From Tubulanus polymorphus (taxonomy: Eukaryota; Animalia; Nemertea): a stretch of DNA of 64,000 nucleotides. Positions 56,593-64,000 of this stretch are shown piece after piece. A program made the translations under genes and the position numbers. The stretch spans positions 8,083,950 through 8,147,949 of the forward strand of contig NC_134026.1 in the NCBI RefSeq assembly GCF_964204645.1, written 5' to 3'. A model generated the notes under the pieces. It saw only the letters and a program-made list of their open reading frames with translations, was not told where the DNA came from and ran no database searches. The stretch's first letter is position 1; each line of letters opens with the position of its first letter.

Positions 56593-58535
56593 AACGTATT
56601 CAATCGTTTCCGCTACGGTTACTATGGATATGCCCAGTTCAAAATAAAACTGAGTCTATTGTTTTTGCTGTACTATGTTCAGAGACATAGTAGCAAACGG
56701 ACTATGTATGTAGATACATGTACATTGTAACTAACTACATAATAAGATACATTGAGTGTAAATAATGTATGTATAAGATTTTACGAATTGTATTTTCAAG
56801 TTATCTTTGCTTTTATCTTTATATACAGCCATAGCTTATTGATACAGGGGTTATTAGTACGGGGGTCAGGCGTACTGGGGGGGTTGTTGGTGATGGTTTG
56901 ATGTCAAATGCAATAAAATGTAAGCATTTATCCTAGAATGTATGTAACTAAAATTTTGTGTAAAATGTTTCAAATATTTGTCTGAATTCTGACTATTTTA
57001 GTTTTAAGAATTAAATTACTTATAAATCATTTTCATCTTTTAAATTGTACATGGTTTATAGCAAGTCTACTTGGTGCTAGTTAATGCTGCTTTGGGAACA
57101 ATTCTTTAAGGCCTTGCCCTTGATTTATGCTTTATCCAACAAGTTTATCTGAAAATTTGCCGAAGCAGTACGATACCAGTACTTATGAAAATATCAAAAG
57201 TCAAGCACACACCACTTCTGGGTAATTGACATGGCCTAGTTCATGTGTGACATAAAAACCGAAATTTATTAGTCTGAGGAAGAAGTGAGCTGGAAAACTG
57301 ATTAAAATAGCCGGAATGAAAAAATTTCGGGAATAAAATTTGCTTTAAAATTCTTCCTGAGGCATGTGAGTATTATATCAATCCTCGCTTGCCAGGGGTT
57401 CGGTATCCACCAGCGGTACAGCTTTAGCAGCGGAAGAAGGTTTAATCAAATTTGATTTGGTCTAATTTTTCAATCTAACACAGCTTCGAATAGATTCATC
57501 AAATCATCAGATCACCACCGCCGAAGTTGATACGATTTAAAAGGACGGATGCCGACTCACAATCACAAGAGCTTCGAGTGCCATCTACAGCCCGCTGTTT
57601 TTTTTTACTCAAACGCGATGCGCTGTCCCATAACTGATCGTTGTAGAATCCACGATGTTATCAAGTGGAAATCTCTATCAAAGCTGCCAAAGCTTTTTGG
57701 AAACTGGACCAAAATGGTGAAAAACTGAAAGTAAACCGAAAACGATTTTGTTGTAGCAATAGTCCCCCCACAGGCAATATTTTCTTGTCAGCGGTTTGGA
57801 ACAAATCTAATGGTTTAACGATGAACGATGCAGCCGCGAAAGCTTATCTAATACGCCAAATTGATAAAGAGTCCACCCCTTCAAAACGTACGTACATCCA
57901 GACGTTTCGGTACCTAAAGAAATCTACAACGAACTATACTCAGTCGCAATACAAACAAATCTCTTTTGGCATCCAGAAAGGAAGATGCAAGGAAAATCCC
58001 TCAATAAATGAATTACTGACAAATAAGTTTAAAATGCTAAAAATATTTCAACTATCTATTAGCGACACTTGACGGATCCTCGCCCGCCATATGTGGAATC
58101 CCCGAGTGCCACAGTAGCGGTGCGGGTACCCCATTGAACTATTAAGCGGTAACCAGTCTAGCCCCCATATATCAATGGCGTATTGCTCTCAAAAATGATT
58201 ATTACAATTTATCATGAAAGAGTCATGAAATATATATTACAAAATAAACGCCAAATTCACAATTGTAATTGTAATCTTGAAACGCCCGATGACGTCAGTG
58301 ATTTACAGATTCAAAGTATCAAAAACCGGATGCGAGACAAAAAGCCAAATTAATATTTTTTGATGCAATGAATTATCGGTTTTTAATTCTGTAAATAGTG
58401 GATTTTATTATATCGTTCTCTCTCCACGTTTTTTTGTGGTTATTATACTAGTACATATACATTTACATACTGGGTATCAATACATGTAAACGTTATTGTA
58501 ACGGTTTTTACGGCGTCAAAAAATTAAATCACTGA

Positions 58536-59486
58536 TTATTTGACTGAATTTCTACAGCGGATTTTCATACAGAAATATTCATGAATTTCTCGTCCTAGTA
58601 AAAGATATATGTAAAAATTAACCACATAGTTACACATTTGAAACTGAACAAATATGTCATAAAGAAAATCTCTCTGTTCCACTGGGATTGGTAAATATGT
58701 AGTAATAGTGGTTGGAAGTATGAATATTGCAAATGCGAAGGAAACTGTAACAAGCATTATTGTTGTACGTTTTGATTTTGTAGTTTTCTGATTGGACGAA
58801 ACCATTTTGGAACCTCTGAATAACTGAACTATTATAACAGAATTTGATGTAATGATCATAGTTAAAGGCAGAAGATGAACGTAGATGACACCTACAGCTA
58901 GAAATGTTTTTTGGTCAAATAATTCATAGTAACATCCGAAAAACCGGTCTGTAAAATGCACCAACAAACCAGGTGCGAGACATATAGCCAATGCATTCAC
59001 TACAGTTATGATCAATATAGCAAATCTAGCGAATCTCGGTGTACATATCAAACGAGATGTGAACGGGAAGAGCACAACTGCCGCACGTTCTAGAGATATT
59101 GCTACTATTAACCACGAACTATTGCTACCTGCAAGCAGCATTACAAATTCATACATTTTGCAACTGATAAGTGAGTTCATGATGAATATAGGACCATCTT
59201 TAACTTGATAGAGAACATACTGTAAAACAGGCAACAGTGTAAAACTGGTACCGTACATTAAATCGCAGACCGACAAAATGATAAGATAGTTTGCGTAAGA
59301 TAAACTTCGGAATCGGCGACTTATCATTATCAGGAAAGTAGCTGAATTCCCGAATCCCCCTAACAGGAACACGATTGGCAGAATGACCAGTGAAACAGTA
59401 TGGTAGATTCCAGATCTGTTCACAAGAGACATGAGAACAATGTTACAGCCGTAGGCTCGACTGATTTGAATCTGAGTAGAATTCAT
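58536..59486 (-). CDS. Intronless class A GPCR (FMRFamide-receptor-like/chemosensory expansion type), 316 aa
   Basis: Seven hydrophobic helices; GFGN, LSVCD, SLERAAVVLFP, CNYVVNFYIY; start placed at MNSTQIQ by alignment with the paralog. Confidence 0.88.
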   Translation of the reverse strand: MNSTQIQISRAYGCNIVLMSLVNRSGIYHTVSLVILPIVFLLGGFGNSATFLIMISRRFRSLSYANYLIILSVCDLMYGTSFTLLPVLQYVLYQVKDGPIFIMNSLISCKMYEFVMLLAGSNSSWLIVAISLERAAVVLFPFTSRLICTPRFARFAILIITVVNALAICLAPGLLVHFTDRFFGCYYELFDQKTFLAVGVIYVHLLPLTMIITSNSVIIVQLFRGSKMVSSNQKTTKSKRTTIMLVTVSFAFAIFILPTTITTYLPIPVEQRDFLYDIFVQFQMCNYVVNFYIYLLLGREIHEYFCMKIRCRNSVK

Positions 59487-60426
59487 GTACGAGGGTATGC
59501 TGACTGAGTATTCTGATTGTCTGAGAATGTACTGACTGTTTGAGAGTGTACTGACTGTCTGAGAGTGTGCTGACTGTCTGATAATGTCCTGACTGTCTGA
59601 CAGTGTACTGATTCTCTGATTATGTTCTGACTGTCTTAGAATGTTCTGGAACTGACTGTGTCTTCTCGAGGATCGGAAAATTAATTCAACATAAATATCA
59701 CGAACTGTCTTTACTAAAATTCGTCTGTGAGATTCATTGTTAACAGCGAATAGAAAATCAATTCTCAGAAATCTAACACAGGACATTGATTTCGTGAACG
59801 TTTTATACGGTATATAATATGAATCTAACTAAATTAAATGTTTTACTATAAATAAACGTAATTCATCAGTTCTATTCAGGTAAAACACGAGTCAAAATAG
59901 TATCATTATTCAACTACATCAAATACAGGAGCCAGGAATTCTCAAGGGCAATTGTTTACTTCAAAAATAGAAATACATGTATTTCCATTTTCAATTTTCA
60001 TTCTAAAACGAAAGGTCGAACAAAGTAGGTTCGAACAGGGAATATTCGGGATGCCAACCATATACCACTGATCAGCTCTAGTTTTTAAGTTTTTTTTGTC
60101 GATGTAGGGACGATCGATACCTGCTATCATTCTCTTATCAATAGCATTTTCTAATACAATGCGGTACCGACATTCGTAGCAAAAAATTAGTTCATTTTCG
60201 ATTATTGTCTAGGAGGTTATTAATAGGCAGAGGGATAGTTTTGTTAGATTTAAGTAACCCTTAAAATTGAATCTAAGTAACTCGTAATTGAATTAGATCA
60301 AGTAATTCTAAGATTTTGTGTTTCTTGAACTATAATGGCCCTATATGGAGCATTATCGATAATGCTTAGAGCTTTTTGATGATGTTACAATGTGTGTTAA
60401 GCAGAAAGTAAGGGTGAAATCAATTG

Positions 60427-61377
60427 TTATTTGACTGAATTTCTACAGTGGATTTTCATACAGAAATAATCACGAATTTCTCGTCCCAGTAAAAGATATA
60501 TATAGAAATTTACCACATAGTTGCACATTTGAAACTGAACAAATAAGTCGTATAGAAAATCTCTCTGTTCCGGTGACATTGGTAAAAGTGAAGTAGTAGT
60601 GGTTGGAAGTATAAATATTGCAAATGCGAGTGAAACTGTTACAAGCATTATTGTAGTACGTTTTGATTTTGTAGTTTTCTGATCAGACGAAACCATTTTT
60701 GAACCCCTGAATAACTGAACTATTATAACAGCATTTGATATTAGAATCAAAGTTAAAGGTAGCAAGTAAATGTAGACGACAAATGCCGCAATTAGAGTTA
60801 TTAGGGCTAACAATTCATAGTAACATCCGAAAAACCGGTCGGTAAAATGTACCAACAATCCAGGTGCGAGACATATAGTCAATGCATTCACTAAAGTAAT
60901 TATCAATATAGTCAATCTAGCGAATCTCGGTGTACATATCAAACGAGATGTGAACGGGAAGAGTACAACTGCCGCACGTTCTAGAGATATTGCTACTATC
61001 AACCACGCACTATTGCTGCCTGCGAGTATCATTACAAATTCATAGATTTGACAGCTGATAAGTGAACCAATGATGAATATAGGACCATCTTTAACATGAT
61101 AGAGAACATACTGTAAAACAGGCAACAGTGTAAAACTGGTACAGTACATTAAGTCACAGACTGACAAAACTATAAGATAGTTAGCGTAAGATAAACTGCG
61201 GAATCTGCGACTTATCATTATTAGGAAAGTAGCTGAATTTCCGAAGGCTCCTAACAGGAACACGATTGGTAGAACGACCAGTGACACAGTACGGTAGCTT
61301 CCAGATCTGTTCACAAGAGACATGAGAACAATGTTACCACCGTAAGCTCGACCGATTTGAATCTGAGTAGAGTTCAT
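60427..61377 (-). CDS. Intronless class A GPCR, tandem paralog, 316 aa
   Basis: Same motifs and length as 58536-59486; upstream sequence also duplicated. Confidence 0.9.
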   Translation of the reverse strand: MNSTQIQIGRAYGGNIVLMSLVNRSGSYRTVSLVVLPIVFLLGAFGNSATFLIMISRRFRSLSYANYLIVLSVCDLMYCTSFTLLPVLQYVLYHVKDGPIFIIGSLISCQIYEFVMILAGSNSAWLIVAISLERAAVVLFPFTSRLICTPRFARLTILIITLVNALTICLAPGLLVHFTDRFFGCYYELLALITLIAAFVVYIYLLPLTLILISNAVIIVQLFRGSKMVSSDQKTTKSKRTTIMLVTVSLAFAIFILPTTTTSLLPMSPEQRDFLYDLFVQFQMCNYVVNFYIYLLLGREIRDYFCMKIHCRNSVK

Positions 61378-62034
61378 GATTCATGAAAATCAAATGAGAG
61401 TGCACTGACTGTCTGAAAGTGCACTACTGCCTGAGAGTGCACTACCTGAGAGTGTACTGACTATCTGATAGTGTACTAAACTGTCTGACCATAGTGTCCC
61501 GACTGCCCGATAGTGTACTGACTGTCTGAGAGTGTACTGACTGTCTGACTGATTGTCAGAGAATGTTCTGGAACCGACCTTGTGTATTTGAAAATGCGTT
61601 CAACTTTGATACGAAGATATCACTAAAGTCTTTATTACAGCTACTATTCACGATTCACAGCGAACAGAAAATCAATTCTCAGAAATCTAACTCAATTTAC
61701 TCAGATATTCTGAAAGTTTATTACTGTGAATATATGTAATATATATGAATGTAACTAAATCAAATATATTTGATATTCGTTGTACGAGAATTCATTTGTA
61801 AATGGTGAAATGTTTCGTAGTAAAACATCTGAACAGGTTTGAACATGTCTATCAGTTCATTACAGGGAATACACAGGTCAAAATAGCACTAGGTGACCAT
61901 CAGTCAGTTTTGGTTACTGGCTACAAGGGAAATAAATGAACTATACTCCTCTCAATGTAAGAATTGTTTCATTGAAATCTATGTCACCAGATATACGTAA
62001 TGTTATGAGGTCGGAGCTAATGAGAGTGGAGTCT

Positions 62035-62570
62035 ACTGTCTGTCTGAGTACTGACTGTCTGAGAGTGTACTGACTGCCTGAGAGTGTACGGACTGTGTGA
62101 GAGTGTACTGACTCTCTGAGAGTGTACTGACTGTCTGAGAGTGTACTGACTGTCTGAGAGTGTACTGACTGTCTGAGAGTGTACTGACTGTATGAGAGTG
62201 TACTGACTGCCTGAGAGTGTACGGACTGTATGAGAGTGTGCTGACTGTCTGAGAGTGTACGGACTGTGTGAGAGTGTGCTGACTGTGTGCGAGTGTCTTG
62301 ACTGCCTGAGTGTGTACTGACTGTCTGAGTGTGTACTAACTGTTTGAGAGTGTGCTGACTGTCTGAGAGTGCACTGACTACTGACTGTCTGAGTGTGTAC
62401 TGACTGTGTGAGAGTGTACTGACTGCGTGAGAGTGCACTGACTGTGTGAGAGTGTCTGGCAATGTGAGAGTGTACTGACTGTGTGAGAGTGTCTGGCAAT
62501 GTGAGAGTGTACTGACTGTGTGAGAGTGTCTGGCAATGTGAGAGTGTACTGACTGTGTGAGAGTGTACTA
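62035..62570. repeat. 19-bp satellite (degenerate copies also at ~59500-59650 and ~61400-61570)
   Basis: GAGAGTGTACTGACTGTCT units. Confidence 0.92.
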
Positions 62571-64000
62571 GTGTTGCGACAATGAGTTTTATTCCTTACA
62601 CTACGTGCTTGGACATCTCATCTTAGTTCAAACAAAAAAGAATTCATTGTTTCTCATCACTGCCCGCGTCAAGAAAACGTTTTGCAAAGTTATGGTCGAA
62701 AATGTGATAGGGGTGATCTCGCTTGCGTCTTTGGATGATTATCTTTATATCACCCGAAGGTAACTCAATGCCAAAGAGGACATTTGAAGGAGGACCCGAA
62801 GCCAAAAGTCACTAAACCCACCCAATAATTGAGTCGGCCGACGATATAGCAGTCGCCGTGAGCGGCCACACGACCGACTTTTTCGGGCGATTTACAAAAA
62901 TTCACTCGCGGCGATCGGGCGAAAAAATACGTCCCTAGCTTAATGGTGGAGACTGGACCCAATTTACGCGATTACCTTCGGGTCATGCAAACTTCGCCCA
63001 TTGCCTAATTAGCAACTCGAGGAAATCGTCATCAAGGGTGGGTGCTTTTGTTCGGTACTGGATGAAAAACCAAGAAAATCCAAATCAAGATTTTCTCAGC
63101 AGTCTTTGACTATTCAACAAAGTATTCCGAATAAAAATTCTTCATTTAGTGAGACAAATTGCATTCGGTCCTTACTTCGGGCTCATATGAGAAGTGCTTA
63201 CATAAATGCTGATAGACTCTCGACCGTGGGGGTATCACCATCCTCATGGCTGTCGTCGCAAGAAGAATCTTCCTCCGACGAACTGCACGAAGATTTTGAA
63301 CTAAAGACAAGAAAATGCTCGTCTGACGATGTGAACGAACGGAACTTCTTTTTTCTTCCTCCTTGAGGATGATTTAGAATGAGAGACTCCTTAATTTACA
63401 TTCTTGTCCTTTTTGACCGCAAATAAATCAAGGACTGTTTCTGCTTTTTGGTAGGCCCTATGCCTGGCCCTTGGCGCTGAGATTGGTGCCCTGACGACGT
63501 TGATGCCGACTGGCCCAATCCGGACCAAATGTAGTCCCTGGTGAAGTCGCTGCCGGGTTGCAGTGGTCCCCGGTTTCGAATGCAACCTCAGGCTCGTACA
63601 CCGAGTCTGAGCTGCATCACGTCGGAAACACGATAAAATGAACACCTGAATCTAGTGTTCACTAGTCAAATAGATAAATGGATTGAAAACGATTAAATTG
63701 GTTGTTAAAAACAACTAATAAATTGCGAAATTTTCGATCGCCGGCTTTACCCACGGAAGCGTCGCGGTGTTGAATTCGGCCGGCGCGTAGGCTACAGGTA
63801 GTGCGGTCGGGTAATTTCTGATAGCGCCCTGGCTCAAACCATGGAATTGGTATCATTACCCCGGCCAACCGTTACTCTAACCATTTAGCAGTCTTCGTCT
63901 CTCGCGTCACGGCGGAGACTGGGAGATATCCGCCGGACTAGTCCCCGACCGGAGAGGCGAGAGACCCGAAGTTATTCCTGGGTGAAACGCGATTAGCTTC

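Noticed and set aside
57665-58072. 135-aa ORF
   Set aside because: GTG start, no recognisable motif or splice context; possibly decayed transposon sequence.
59487-59786. 100-aa N-terminal extension of the first tandem GPCR
   Set aside because: Runs through degenerate 19-bp satellite; the paralog starts at MNSTQIQ and lacks the extension.
62570-64000. Possible degraded DNA transposon (acidic and basic coding remnants on the minus strand)
   Set aside because: Multiple stops and no catalytic motif or TIR pair that I can confirm within the window.

Overview
Animal (invertebrate, probably spiralian; species not determinable) nuclear DNA with intron-rich host genes and many satellites. Host genes: first coding exon of a class A neuropeptide GPCR (minus strand, left edge), NAA25 (about 28 coding exons, 5961-14828), two paralogous orphan secreted coiled-coil genes, PAGR1, a CARF-like/MULE-SWIM transposase-derived gene, and two tandem intronless GPCRs. 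The dominant feature is a complete, very AT-rich 18.3-kb Polinton/Maverick-type endogenous virus (15774-34088, 5'-AG...CT-3', 6-bp target-site duplication ACCCTC). It encodes a protein-primed PolB, a retroviral-type integrase, a packaging ATPase, major and minor capsid proteins, an HNH nuclease and several membrane proteins. It is unusual in four ways: 14 of 16 genes start in the poxvirus post-replicative promoter motif TAAATG; each terminus is its own large, different hairpin; no adenain-type maturation protease is recognisable; and a third large hairpin sits where the two gene blocks converge. Together these suggest (inference) a helper-dependent, virophage-like element transcribed by a poxvirus-like nucleocytovirus. 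All calls were made by eye; no database searches were run.
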